From positions 10,067 through 74,066 of the IMG/VR virus record IMGVR_UViG_3300032304_001269: a stretch of DNA of 64,000 nucleotides, one strand, 5' to 3'. Source of the DNA: a virus. Lineage: Duplodnaviria > Heunggongvirae > Uroviricota > Caudoviricetes. Below are positions 39,647 to 49,510 of this stretch, in pieces (the stretch's first letter is position 1; every line of letters starts with the position of its first letter). The notes under the pieces were generated by a model. It was not told where the DNA came from. It was given only the letters and a program-made list of their open reading frames with translations, and ran no database searches. Position numbers and translations under genes: made by a program.

Positions 39647-40045
39647 TTGAGTATGCATCTAGAAGGTCCGTGGCTGTCAACCACAGGTAAGCGAGAAGGC
39701 AAAACGAAATTTGCTTCAGCAGAACATGCTAGAAAGGCACGTGAATTGGACGAATCATGGAAAGACCTGCTGAGACGGCAGGGTATAGAGCAAGAGGAAA
39801 AGAAACGCGGCCGTGCTATGAGTGCTCCGAGTTTGAGCAGTTCCTACAGTCTCAAGATTCCAGAAGGCCGTGATACCACTGCACATATCAAGAGCGTGGA
39901 CACAGGACTGGGTAATGCTGCTCTCAAACCGTCTAAACAATATACAGGTACCATGGTCAAGGGAATTGCTACTATGCACAAGAGCAATGCTGTGCCTGTT
40001 TTCAGCAACGAAGAGGCGGTAGATATATCCAAAATGCGTCGATAA
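39647..40045 (+). CDS. hypothetical basic protein
   Basis: 132 aa, hydrophilic. Preferred over the overlapping antisense ORF 39755..40243. Confidence 0.35.
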   Translation: MSMHLEGPWLSTTGKREGKTKFASAEHARKARELDESWKDLLRRQGIEQEEKKRGRAMSAPSLSSSYSLKIPEGRDTTAHIKSVDTGLGNAALKPSKQYTGTMVKGIATMHKSNAVPVFSNEEAVDISKMRR

Positions 40046-40339
40046 TTGCCGGTTTTCGTCTATGAATCCAAAATATCGACTATATATTAAACGTTTCGCA
40101 AAGAAACTGAGATAGTAGAACCAAAGTATGTCAAAAGCAGAAACAGTTCCGCGGGTCTTGGCCAATGAGAAACCCGTATTTTCGGGAAGCCAAGGGTCGC
40201 CAAAGGCACACAAGTTATGAGATTGTGCGTCCAATGGAGACAACTACACGAAAGTAGGGTTCTTTCAGGGCCTCGTGAAGTTAACTCCCTTTATGTAATG
40301 TGATTTGATTTTGAATCACACCAAGTCAAAGGAGGACTT

Positions 40340-40894
40340 ATGGAAAAATCAACAAAAGTAGTTTCCTATGTAATAGGATTGTTTGCAGTAATCTTTTTGA
40401 TTACACAGTTAACCTCGATGAAGTTTGAAGATCTCAAATTGAAAAACGGGTTATATAACAAAGATGTAGTGTCTATTCACACCCGAGAAAAACAACTTGA
40501 CTGTTTAGCCATCAATATCTATCGCGAAGCAGGCTATGAGCCCTTTGAAGGTAAGGTGGCAGTGGCGCAGGTGACTATGAATCGGGTAGCTGCCGGTAAA
40601 TTCGGCAACGATGTCTGCGGAGTAGTGTACCAAAAAAATGTGTTTATGAACAAGGTTATTTGCCAATTCTCATGGGCCTGTGACCAAGTACATAGAAATC
40701 GACCAATTAACAAGGAGGCTTATAATGAAAGCTATGAAGTCGCAAAAAAAGTTCTGTTGGAAGGATTTAGATTGTCTATTCTCAAAGATGCTTTGTATTA
40801 TCATGCCACCTATGTTAATCCAAGATGGCAGTTAGATAAAGTCGGTCAAATTGGACAACACATTTTTTACAAACAGAAAGGAATCAATATATGA
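40340..40894 (+). CDS. SleB-type cell-wall hydrolase (probable endolysin)
   Basis: Core AVAQVTMNRVAAGKFGNDVCGVVYQ matches the Hydrolase_2/SleB family. An N-terminal TM/signal-anchor segment is present. Confidence 0.65.
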   Translation: MEKSTKVVSYVIGLFAVIFLITQLTSMKFEDLKLKNGLYNKDVVSIHTREKQLDCLAINIYREAGYEPFEGKVAVAQVTMNRVAAGKFGNDVCGVVYQKNVFMNKVICQFSWACDQVHRNRPINKEAYNESYEVAKKVLLEGFRLSILKDALYYHATYVNPRWQLDKVGQIGQHIFYKQKGINI

Positions 40895-41190
40895 TAGACA
40901 TTACACAGGTCAAAGAATTTGTACAAACCAAAATTTCTGTAATCTCAGCAGAGACGTTTGGATGGCTCGCAGCTATTGTACTACATTCTGCCACGGTGCC
41001 TAGTATGTTGGCAGTGATGGCAGGACTAACTGATAGACTACCTGGAGTAGACTTAGTACTATTGGTTTGGACAGGTCTAACTCTGCTTTTTATCAAAGCT
41101 ACTATTCAAAAGGACATGTTAAACATTGTCACTATTGGACTTGGATTTATTATTCAAGCAGTATTAATGGCTCTAATCTTCTTCAAGTAA
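40891..41190 (+). CDS. holin-like small membrane protein
   Basis: 99 aa with about three TM segments, ATGA-coupled to the endolysin gene. Confidence 0.4.
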   Translation: MIDITQVKEFVQTKISVISAETFGWLAAIVLHSATVPSMLAVMAGLTDRLPGVDLVLLVWTGLTLLFIKATIQKDMLNIVTIGLGFIIQAVLMALIFFK

Positions 41191-41270
41191 TTTGGTAAGG
41201 CGCCCGGTTGACATTGATCAACTGTGGTGCTATACTATTAATACTGAAAACACACACAGAAAGGTCAGTA

Positions 41271-41756
41271 ATGAAAAAAGCACTTCTAGTTATTCCTATG
41301 GTTGCTCTTGTAACAGCATGTTCTTCAATGAAGGACATTCCAGAACGTAAAACCTACGCTCAACCAGATTGGTATCAGAGCTGCGCACAGGCCGGTACTG
41401 AAGGTTGGTTTTGGAACAGTAAAGAATATGCCTATGCTTGCGGTGCAGGTGAATCAATTCATGCACAGGCCGCAGAAGAACAGATGTATGCCATTGCAAT
41501 GAACAATTTTGCAAAACGCATCAATTCTGAAGTCAACAGTGAAACTCGAATTGAGTTCAAAGATGACAAAAAGTCCACGTATACTAAGATTTCCTACATG
41601 GTAAGAGAAACTACTATCCGTGAACATCTTCAACGCGAAACTGGACATTTTACCATGAATGGTCGTCACATTACATTTGTTCGTCTTAAAATGCCAAAAG
41701 CCGTATTTGATCAATTGATTGCTGAAAGCAAAGAGCAGAAAGCCGCACGTCAATGA
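41271..41756 (+). CDS. lipoprotein
   Basis: Lipobox LVTAC after MKKALLVIPMVA. The start was taken at the ATG with an RBS inside track ORF 41208..41756. Confidence 0.45.
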   Translation: MKKALLVIPMVALVTACSSMKDIPERKTYAQPDWYQSCAQAGTEGWFWNSKEYAYACGAGESIHAQAAEEQMYAIAMNNFAKRINSEVNSETRIEFKDDKKSTYTKISYMVRETTIREHLQRETGHFTMNGRHITFVRLKMPKAVFDQLIAESKEQKAARQ

Positions 41757-42103
41757 ATCGAGATCAATGGCGATTGTTTATGCTCTTAGTAGCATTTGCA
41801 GCCACTTTATTACTGCTGTCAGGTTGCGGATCCACCAAAGTTGCAGCTGAGAAACCACAGTATTGCTATACTAATCAAACCATCCAGTCTAAGGATGGAG
41901 AAACAGTATCAAGTAGGACTGTGGTAGAATGCACTGATGATCAATTCAAACGGCTGACTGCTGTGAGGATGGGTATGGCTGACCACTGCGGTATCGCAAA
42001 TAGAACTGTTCGCTCTGGAGATAAACTTGTTAACGTACAAATTAAAAGCTGTCAAATTCTTGACCACAACGGTGCTGTTGTCGGTTATGAATATGTCCAG
42101 TAA
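41753..42103 (+). CDS. lipoprotein
   Basis: Lipobox LLSGC; ATGA-coupled. Confidence 0.45.
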   Translation: MNRDQWRLFMLLVAFAATLLLLSGCGSTKVAAEKPQYCYTNQTIQSKDGETVSSRTVVECTDDQFKRLTAVRMGMADHCGIANRTVRSGDKLVNVQIKSCQILDHNGAVVGYEYVQ

Positions 42104-42455
42104 TGCTCAGACCGTAAACATAGAAAATCCCAAATTCTATGAAAGCACTAGCGGATCATTACTGCATCAAATTATCGATGTGTCGTTTGGATGGTTCAAA
42201 GGACTAGACTCCGAACAAAAAACAGCCTACTACAGTTCGCTGATACTGGCATTAGAGGAAGTTCAACCTGGACAGTTTGCTCGTTGGTATAAGAACAATG
42301 CCAGCGGCACTGTGCGGGTCGCTTGGCAATATCCAAAAAATGGTGTCATGTGTAAACGTCTGCACATTCATTTGATAGCTCACGACACAGAAAAGAACAT
42401 GCAAACCACAGCCTGTTTTAACGAAGTAGATAATAGATGGCATTGGTACAACTAA
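42027..42455 (+). CDS. hypothetical secreted protein (start uncertain)
   Basis: An N-terminal signal-like segment exists only if the 42027 start is used. An alternative ATG lies at 42087. Confidence 0.35.
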   Translation: MLTYKLKAVKFLTTTVLLSVMNMSSNAQTVNIENPKFYESTSGSLLHQIIDVSFGWFKGLDSEQKTAYYSSLILALEEVQPGQFARWYKNNASGTVRVAWQYPKNGVMCKRLHIHLIAHDTEKNMQTTACFNEVDNRWHWYN

Positions 42456-42465
42456 ATACTAGTTC

Positions 42466-43953
42466 ATGAGAATACATACAAGCGACAAATTCATTGCCTG
42501 GTCAGCTCTACTCAGCGGATTAACAGTTTCTGCGGTAGCCATCTATTATAGTGTGGCTGGACTAGTGGCCATATTCTCTGCGGCAGTTATCCCAATTATT
42601 GTAATGGGTGTGGCCTTGGAAATCAGCAAGCTGGCCGGCACTGTATGGCTCAAACAAAATTGGACTCGAGCACCGTTTTTTATTCGAGCATACCTGCTTG
42701 CAGCTATTGCCATATTAATGCTGATCACCAGTATGGGTATCTTTGGCTTTCTAAGCAAAGCACACAGTGATCAAAGTCTTGTGTCGGGTGATGTGCAGAG
42801 CAGGATCGCAATCTACGACGAAAAGATTAAGACAGCAAAGGACAATATCGATGCTAACCGCAAGGCGCTTAAACAGATGGATGAGGCTGTGGACCAAGTT
42901 ATGGGCCGAAGCAGTGATGAAAAAGGTGCCGACAAGGCTGTTGGACTCCGAAGAGCACAGCAAAAAGAAAGAGTCCGCCTTCAATCTGAAATCTCAGCCG
43001 AACAGAAAACTGTTGCCGCCCTTAGCGAAGAACGTGCGCCAATTGCAGCTGAAGTCAGAAAAGTGGAGGCAGAAGTTGGGCCTATAAAATATATTGCCAA
43101 TTTTATCTACGGTGATAACCCGGACGCTAATGTATTAGAAAAAGCAGTGACTTGGGTGATCATTATCATCGTTGTGGTATTTGATCCTTTGGCTGTTATT
43201 CTATTATTAGCCAGTCAATATTCTTTCCAATGGTTCCGAAAACAGGAAGAAGAAGAAAATCTAAAGATTGTCGAAATAGAAACAGCTCCTGAGGAACCAG
43301 AGGCAGATCCTGAAGTTGAGACTGAACCCAAACAACTAGGACCTGCAGCCACAGCATTGTGGCCATTTCCTTCAGCACACGAATTACAAACACACACAGA
43401 AGAAGTTCCAAGCGAAACACCGTCGACTGCACTAGGAGGTGATATAACAGCGCCGGAGGAAAAGCCAGCAGAAGTGGTAGAGGATATACCACTCGAACAG
43501 TGGAACAAAATGATCGAAGAAGCCGAAAAGGCTGTAGAACAAGAACGTGAAATTGAAGACAAGGACATAATTAACTCTGCACCTGAAACAGAAAAACAAG
43601 CCATGGCAGCATGGAAACATGAAAACCCAGAGTCTAGTCTGAAATTTCAACGGCGTCTATTAGATAAAGGCATCATCGATCATTTGCCTTGGCAGGATTA
43701 TATCAAACCACAGGCAGACTTCGTAGACGATGCAGCCGTAGAAGCTAAGAAGTGGGCTGATGAAAATCCTGATACCGAGGAATCAGAAAAAGCCAAAGAG
43801 TGGGCCAAAGAACAGAGTGCAGATGCAGATCTATCTTGGATGGAAAAGGATACTCAAGGCAATCAAGTCAAAAAGGTCAAAGAAATATATCAACAGAACG
43901 CTGAACAAAATGAAAAGACTCTATGGCAACGCATTCAAGGCGTGAAGAAGTGA
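42466..43953 (+). CDS. membrane-anchored coiled-coil protein with acidic C-terminal region
   Basis: 495 aa. Several N-terminal TM helices, a long coiled coil, and a Glu/Pro-rich tail. Confidence 0.5.
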   Translation: MRIHTSDKFIAWSALLSGLTVSAVAIYYSVAGLVAIFSAAVIPIIVMGVALEISKLAGTVWLKQNWTRAPFFIRAYLLAAIAILMLITSMGIFGFLSKAHSDQSLVSGDVQSRIAIYDEKIKTAKDNIDANRKALKQMDEAVDQVMGRSSDEKGADKAVGLRRAQQKERVRLQSEISAEQKTVAALSEERAPIAAEVRKVEAEVGPIKYIANFIYGDNPDANVLEKAVTWVIIIIVVVFDPLAVILLLASQYSFQWFRKQEEEENLKIVEIETAPEEPEADPEVETEPKQLGPAATALWPFPSAHELQTHTEEVPSETPSTALGGDITAPEEKPAEVVEDIPLEQWNKMIEEAEKAVEQEREIEDKDIINSAPETEKQAMAAWKHENPESSLKFQRRLLDKGIIDHLPWQDYIKPQADFVDDAAVEAKKWADENPDTEESEKAKEWAKEQSADADLSWMEKDTQGNQVKKVKEIYQQNAEQNEKTLWQRIQGVKK

Positions 43954-44339
43954 CAGCTAAGATTTTAGTTATAACCCCGCCTGACGACACAGTATTACAA
44001 GGTTTGAGAATTACCCATGTAAATCTCACCAACGAACAAACTGCCATAGTGTCTCAGGCAATGTTAAAAAATAATCTGTCTCATAACATCATTAATTATG
44101 TATGGCATATCGGCAATCCTATATCCTGGCTATTGAAAATGAAATCTCAGAGCGATCTTATTATATTCAATGCAGACTCTGATTTAGAAAGTGACATGAT
44201 CACCGGTTATCTAGCAGCAGATCCAAGATCTTATTATTTTGGCACACTGCGAGATTTACATGTGGCTAACGATCGTGTTATACTTAACAGCGATGAAATT
44301 TTAAACCTATTGGAGACTATTGCAAAATATCATGTTTAA
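43923..44339 (+). CDS. hypothetical protein
   Basis: 138 aa. Confidence 0.4.
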   Translation: MATHSRREEVTAKILVITPPDDTVLQGLRITHVNLTNEQTAIVSQAMLKNNLSHNIINYVWHIGNPISWLLKMKSQSDLIIFNADSDLESDMITGYLAADPRSYYFGTLRDLHVANDRVILNSDEILNLLETIAKYHV

Positions 44340-44568
44340 ACCCAACAAACTTATAGGTACTGGTGTTATAGTTAAAGAAAACGAAAACATCAACCAAGCC
44401 TTGCGCAGATTAAAGAAAAAAGTAGAAGAGTCAGGTGTTCTTGATACACTAAGACAAAAAGAATTCTACGAAAAACCAACCACTGAACGTAAACGTAAAA
44501 AAGGTGCGGCTAAGGCACGTTGGCGAAAGAAACTTCGTGAAAACGAATTACCTAAAAAACAATTTTAA
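44332..44568 (+). CDS. rpsU: 30S ribosomal protein S21
   Basis: [26 protein letters not shown] ... [15 protein letters not shown] ... AKARWRKK matches the S21 consensus VxVxENE..ALRRFKR..GvL..R.fYEKP..RKRK. First ATG used; the track starts at TTG 44320. Confidence 0.75.
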   Translation: MFKPNKLIGTGVIVKENENINQALRRLKKKVEESGVLDTLRQKEFYEKPTTERKRKKGAAKARWRKKLRENELPKKQF

Positions 44569-44594
44569 GAAAGAATCATGTGCTAACAGATATT

Positions 44595-45161
44595 ATGATC
44601 GACTTGGAGACCTTAGATGTTCTCCCTACAGCAACAATTTTAACCATCGGCGCTGTTAAATTTGACCCATTTGGCGATGACGTAAACGAAAAGAAATGTG
44701 AGAAATTTTATGTCCGTGTTGATGTTGACAGTTGTGATAGGATTGGTGCTACGGTTAGCCAGGCAACGTTAGATTGGTGGGCTAACCAAAGCCAGGATGC
44801 TCAGAACGAAGCATTTGATCCCGCAAACAGAATCTCCATTGAAGAAGCAATCACACAACTTTATAAGTTCTGCTGGGGTGCTAAACGTGTATGGAGTCAC
44901 GGTGCAGGTTTTGACGTGACCATCTTAGAATGGTATTTCCGTAAAATTGGTAAAGCTATTCCTTGGCAATTTTGGCAAGTTCGCGACACTCGTACTATCT
45001 TCGATATCGGAATCAATCCCAACCGCCCTCCGGTATTAAAACATCATGCACTCGAAGATGCTTGGAACCAAGCAGTAGGTGTACAAAATGTTTACAAAGC
45101 TCTGCGTATCAGTACAATGAGCAACGGCGAGTATATCGCACCATTTGCAAATCAAAGGTAA
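44595..45161 (+). CDS. DnaQ-like (DEDDh) 3'-5' exonuclease
   Basis: Exo I motif MIDLETLD near the N-terminus and HHALEDAWNQA Exo III (H-x4-D). The track start is GTG 44580; the ATG at 44595 was used. Confidence 0.6.
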   Translation: MIDLETLDVLPTATILTIGAVKFDPFGDDVNEKKCEKFYVRVDVDSCDRIGATVSQATLDWWANQSQDAQNEAFDPANRISIEEAITQLYKFCWGAKRVWSHGAGFDVTILEWYFRKIGKAIPWQFWQVRDTRTIFDIGINPNRPPVLKHHALEDAWNQAVGVQNVYKALRISTMSNGEYIAPFANQR

Positions 45162-45164
45162 TAT

Positions 45165-45449
45165 ATGGATAGTCAAACTAAAGAAGTAATGGATATTCTG
45201 CAAGAAGAATGTGCAGAAGTAATACAAGCAGTGAGTAAAATCAGTAGATTTGGATTGAATAATTTCAAACCCGGTAAGCCTAAAACTAACCGTGAACATC
45301 TTGAAGAAGAATTAGGCGATATGATGGCTATGATTGACATCTTGCACAGCATGGACATTGTCAGCTACACCAACATCGAACGTGCTCAAGCTGCTAAAAT
45401 TGAAAAACTTAAGAAATGGTCAAATATTCAAAATCTAGAGAATATCTGA
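45165..45449 (+). CDS. mazG: MazG-like nucleotide pyrophosphohydrolase (small all-alpha NTP-PPase)
   Basis: EECAEV ... EELGDMMAMIDIL has the EExxE/D metal-binding pattern of the MazG fold. Confidence 0.6.
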   Translation: MDSQTKEVMDILQEECAEVIQAVSKISRFGLNNFKPGKPKTNREHLEEELGDMMAMIDILHSMDIVSYTNIERAQAAKIEKLKKWSNIQNLENI

Positions 45450-45533
45450 TATAAATAAAATTGTGAATTGCACCGTCAAGGGCAGTTTATAGAGCATAGT
45501 GCTCAAATAGATCTTACTTTAAAGGAGATAGAC

Positions 45534-47432
45534 ATGTCTAAGATCATCGGTATTGACCTCGGCACCACCAACTCATGCGTGGCTGTTATCGAGAACGGAA
45601 AATCCAAAGTTATTGAGAATTCAGAAGGTGCAAGAACCACACCCTCAATTGTGGCTTATACCCCAGAAGAAATTATTGTCGGCGCTTCGGCCAAACGACA
45701 GGCAGTAACAAATCCTAAAAACACAATTTATGCCAGCAAGCGATTGATTGGTCGCAAGTTTAAAGAACAGGCTGTGCAGAAAGACCTTGATCTCATGCCC
45801 TATGAGATCTACGAAAATTCTAACGGTGATGCTTGGGTTCGAGCTCAAGGCAAAGAACTAGCACCTCCACAGATTTCAGCAGAAGTTCTACGTAAAATGA
45901 AGAAGACCGCAGAGGACTATCTGGGACATGAAGTGACTCAAGCAGTTATCACTGTGCCTGCATACTTCAATGACAGTCAACGTCAAGCAACCAAAGACGC
46001 AGGTAAGATTGCCGGCCTGGAAGTTCTACGTATTATCAATGAGCCGACAGCGGCTGCACTGGCCTATGGTGTAGACAAAGAAGACAAGAAGGATCGAAAG
46101 ATTGCTGTATATGACCTAGGCGGTGGTACGTTTGACGTAAGCATTATTGAAATTGCTAATGTGGATGGAGAGAAACAGATCGAAGTGTTATCTACCAATG
46201 GTGATACATTTCTAGGTGGAGAAGATTTCGATCAACGTATCATGGATCATCTCTGCGATGAATTCAAGAAAGAACAGGGTGTTGATCTTACCAAAGATAT
46301 GTTGGCCCTGCAACGACTAAAAGATGCAGCAGAAAAAGCAAAGATAGAATTATCTAGTAACACCAGTACAGATGTTAATCTACCTTATATCACTGCGGAC
46401 GCTTCTGGTCCGCGTCATATGAACATCAAGATCAGTCGTGCTAAGTTAGAGTCGTTGGTAGCAGAACTGGTCAATAGAAGTTTAGAGCCATGCCGTACAG
46501 CTCTCAAAGACGCAGGCGTGAGTGCCTCAGACATCGACGAAGTTATCTTAGTTGGCGGTCAAACACGCATGCCTAAGGTGCAAGAAGAAGTTGAGAAACT
46601 GTTTGGCAAAGCACCACGTAGAGATGTCAATCCAGATGAAGCAGTAGCAGTCGGTGCTGCTATCCAAGGTGCTGTATTGGGTGGTGATCGCAAAGACGTT
46701 CTATTATTAGATGTAACACCTTTGAGTTTAGGTATCGAGACTATGGGCGGTGTGATGTCAAAGATCATCCAAAAGAACACAACGATTCCAACTAAAGGAC
46801 AGCAGACGTTCTCCACAGCAGAAGACAATCAACCAGCTGTGGATATCAAAGTATTCCAAGGTGAACGTGAGCTTGTACAATATAACAAACTGTTAGGCGA
46901 ATTCAAACTAGACGGCATTGCTCCTGCACGTAGAGGACAACCACAGGTTGAGGTTACTTTTGACATTGATGCCAACGGTATCATGCACATCTCAGCCAAA
47001 GACAAGGCCACAGGCAAAGAAAACAAGATCACTATCAAGTCCAACAGTGGACTATCAGAAGCTGAAATTCAAGCTATGATCAAAGACGCAGAGTTGAATG
47101 CAGAAGCAGATAAGAAAGCTCGTACATTGATCGATACAAGAAACTCAGCAGAAGCGCAGGTACACGAAGTCAAAAAAGATCTTGAAGAATTCCGTGCAGA
47201 GCTCACAGAAGCAGAAGTCACAGAAATCGAAACTGTGATCACCGCAGTCGAAACAGCAGCCAAAGGCGATGACGCTGAAAAGATCACCGAAGAGCTCAAC
47301 AAGGTTTTCCCAGCAATGAAAACATTGTTGGAGAAAAAGCAGGCCAAGGAACAGGCAGCACAAGCACAGCCTACTCAGCCTGAAGCAGATGATGTAGTTG
47401 ATGCCAGCTTCACAGAGAAAAAGGCAGACTAA
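45534..47432 (+). CDS. dnaK: molecular chaperone DnaK (Hsp70)
   Basis: N-terminal [14 protein letters not shown], then DLGGGTFD and [22 protein letters not shown] before the ATG at 45534. The track ORF extends upstream to 45468. Confidence 0.9.
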   Translation: MSKIIGIDLGTTNSCVAVIENGKSKVIENSEGARTTPSIVAYTPEEIIVGASAKRQAVTNPKNTIYASKRLIGRKFKEQAVQKDLDLMPYEIYENSNGDAWVRAQGKELAPPQISAEVLRKMKKTAEDYLGHEVTQAVITVPAYFNDSQRQATKDAGKIAGLEVLRIINEPTAAALAYGVDKEDKKDRKIAVYDLGGGTFDVSIIEIANVDGEKQIEVLSTNGDTFLGGEDFDQRIMDHLCDEFKKEQGVDLTKDMLALQRLKDAAEKAKIELSSNTSTDVNLPYITADASGPRHMNIKISRAKLESLVAELVNRSLEPCRTALKDAGVSASDIDEVILVGGQTRMPKVQEEVEKLFGKAPRRDVNPDEAVAVGAAIQGAVLGGDRKDVLLLDVTPLSLGIETMGGVMSKIIQKNTTIPTKGQQTFSTAEDNQPAVDIKVFQGERELVQYNKLLGEFKLDGIAPARRGQPQVEVTFDIDANGIMHISAKDKATGKENKITIKSNSGLSEAEIQAMIKDAELNAEADKKARTLIDTRNSAEAQVHEVKKDLEEFRAELTEAEVTEIETVITAVETAAKGDDAEKITEELNKVFPAMKTLLEKKQAKEQAAQAQPTQPEADDVVDASFTEKKAD

Positions 47433-47488
47433 TCATAACTGAGGTACTTTCGAGGCCTCAATTGTTCTTACTTTAAAAGGAGACTATT

Positions 47489-47932
47489 ATGAACAATCAA
47501 TTAACAAAATTAGATGCTCTAAGCAGAGCACTCATTGGGTTCGACACTATGTTTGACCAAATGGAACGCCGGTATGCTAACAGCGTACCCAACAACTATC
47601 CACCACACAATATTCTCAAGACTGGTGACAATCTGTATGAGATTCAAATTGCTGTGACAGGATTTGAGAAATCGGAAATTTCTGTTACTGTGGAATCCAA
47701 TGTTCTTACAGTTGCAGGTGAAGGAGCAGAATCTATTCGCCACGAACAACCGGAAATCGTTTACCTACACAGAGGTCTTGCTACTCGCGATTTCGTCAAA
47801 GAATTTCCCCTGGCAGAACACATCGAGGTAGTAGGTGCAGAAATCCGTAACGGAATGCTAATTGTTAAATTAATACGCAATGTTCCTGAAAGCGCCAAGC
47901 CCAAGGTCATTGACATCGTTGACATTAAATAG
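47489..47932 (+). CDS. small heat-shock protein (Hsp20/IbpA family)
   Basis: Alpha-crystallin domain YEIQIAVTGFEKSEISV ... AEIRNGMLIVKL. Confidence 0.8.
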   Translation: MNNQLTKLDALSRALIGFDTMFDQMERRYANSVPNNYPPHNILKTGDNLYEIQIAVTGFEKSEISVTVESNVLTVAGEGAESIRHEQPEIVYLHRGLATRDFVKEFPLAEHIEVVGAEIRNGMLIVKLIRNVPESAKPKVIDIVDIK

Positions 47933-47937
47933 TAAAA

Positions 47938-47966
47938 TATAAGGGAGGGTAACCTCCCTTATTAAA
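47938..47966 (+). terminator. probable terminator hairpin
   Basis: AAGGGAGG-GTAA-CCTCCCTT followed by an A/T run. Confidence 0.4.
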
Positions 47967-47986
47967 TATTACATCATAGGAATTAT

Positions 47987-48286
47987 ATGTCAACAGATAC
48001 CGCAGTAGAAGAATCAGTAGTTGTAGCACTTAAGCCACCTGGTTTATGGAAGGTGATTTTTCTCAATGATGATTCCACTCCGATGGAATTGGTTATAGAA
48101 CTGCTCACAGGAATTTTCAAGCACACAGTATCATCCGCTAAAGAAGTCACCCTGGAAATACATGAAACTGGCAGCGGCGTGGCCGGTGTTTACAGTTTTG
48201 AAATAGCCGAACAAAAAGGCATGGAAGCCACTGCCGTGGCTAGACAGAATGGTTCACCTTTACGTGTACAAGTGGACCCGGAATGA
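47987..48286 (+). CDS. clpS: Clp protease adaptor ClpS
   Basis: WKVIFLNDDSTPMELVIELL and the HETGSGVAGVYSFEIAEQK ClpS core. Confidence 0.8.
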   Translation: MSTDTAVEESVVVALKPPGLWKVIFLNDDSTPMELVIELLTGIFKHTVSSAKEVTLEIHETGSGVAGVYSFEIAEQKGMEATAVARQNGSPLRVQVDPE

Positions 48287-48828
48287 GTCTACGAGAAATT
48301 ACCAAAGACCTCCATCATGAGGCAGAAACCACAACATTTGCCAAGATGTTGCTCAGTGGCAAAATTGAAAAACAAGACTACAGAAACTATCTGTACAATC
48401 TACTTGCAGTATACGATCCAATTGAATGGTACTGCAAGCGGCAGGGCTTTCTTGACACTATGCCGGATCTTCCAAGACTAAAGTCTATATATGCAGACTT
48501 CCAAGAATTAGACGATGGTACCTATTGTTATCTCACTCCTGCTACATTAGAATATCAAGCATACTTGCATAGACTAGGCAACGATCCAGAACGTAAAACA
48601 CAAATTAAGGCTCATCTATACTGCCGTCACATGGGCGACTTATTCGGCGGCCAAATTATTAAAAAACAAGTAGCACATATATCAAGTGGAAAGTTCTACG
48701 ACTTTGAAAATGGCGATGCTATGAAAGGTGCTATCCGTGCAACGCTAACAGATGATCTAGGCGACGAAGCTCGAGTGGCCTTTGAGTTTGCTATTAAAAT
48801 GATGCGAGACTTATATCTTGGAGAGTAA
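48283..48828 (+). CDS. heme oxygenase
   Basis: AHLYCRHMGDLFGGQIIKK matches the HO signature AHAYTRYLGDLSGGQ. N-terminal TKDLHHEAE is the proximal His region. Confidence 0.75.
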   Translation: MSLREITKDLHHEAETTTFAKMLLSGKIEKQDYRNYLYNLLAVYDPIEWYCKRQGFLDTMPDLPRLKSIYADFQELDDGTYCYLTPATLEYQAYLHRLGNDPERKTQIKAHLYCRHMGDLFGGQIIKKQVAHISSGKFYDFENGDAMKGAIRATLTDDLGDEARVAFEFAIKMMRDLYLGE

Positions 48829-49501
48829 CGTTTGGGACACCCTGATAGAAATACAATCTCTATTTGAGAAGTCGTTCGACCGCACAGGTACTGAAGTGTT
48901 CGAGCCGGGGATGGATCGGTTTAATCAACCGGGGTGGGTTAATAGAGTTTGGACCAGTAACGATTATCGTAGAGCTCATATCGATGTAGTCGATGCCCGA
49001 TCCACAAAGGGACTCTGGATGATGCATTGCTGTATTTTCCCACATATCCATAACCCGGCACCTATTTACGGATTTGATGTTATTGCAGGTAAGAATAAGA
49101 TCACTGGTTGTTTTCATGATTTCAGTCCAGCTGGCGACATTGAACATTCTCTCATCGATTGGTTTGCTGCCGAAACCCAAAAATTGCAATGGAACAAAAC
49201 ACGGAAACTACCTGAGTGGGCAGAGCGTATTTTTACAGGATCTATGATTGCTGCAGGAAATGTCAGCGATCCGGGAGAGCTAGAACAGATTATGAATCTA
49301 GTAAAACTAACCACAGAAGTATATCTCAAGCATGTGGGTGATACTAATCGTACAGCTATGAATACTACTGACAATCAAAATTACTACGCACAAAATCAGA
49401 AGCAAAACCCGCATACACCTAAGGTAATGGTTAGTTTAGGACTTTCAGAGGACGATGTACAGCATTTTATACAAGAATGCCTGTTCCCAGAAATACGCTA
49501 A
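48818..49501 (+). CDS. ferredoxin-dependent bilin reductase (PcyA/PebS/PcyX family)
   Basis: Size and layout fit this family: an ordered Asp/His-containing core (RRAHIDVVDARSTKGLWMMHCCIFPH), and it lies immediately downstream of heme oxygenase. The start is a TTG that overlaps the HO stop; the next in-frame ATG is at 48911. Confidence 0.6.
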   Translation: MESNVWDTLIEIQSLFEKSFDRTGTEVFEPGMDRFNQPGWVNRVWTSNDYRRAHIDVVDARSTKGLWMMHCCIFPHIHNPAPIYGFDVIAGKNKITGCFHDFSPAGDIEHSLIDWFAAETQKLQWNKTRKLPEWAERIFTGSMIAAGNVSDPGELEQIMNLVKLTTEVYLKHVGDTNRTAMNTTDNQNYYAQNQKQNPHTPKVMVSLGLSEDDVQHFIQECLFPEIR

Positions 49502-49510
49502 ATATTAGCT

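Noticed and set aside
39755-40243. 162-aa minus-strand ORF overlapping 39647..40045
   Set aside because: Its translation is hydrophobic and junk-like, and it runs against the genome-wide + orientation. The + strand ORF is more protein-like.
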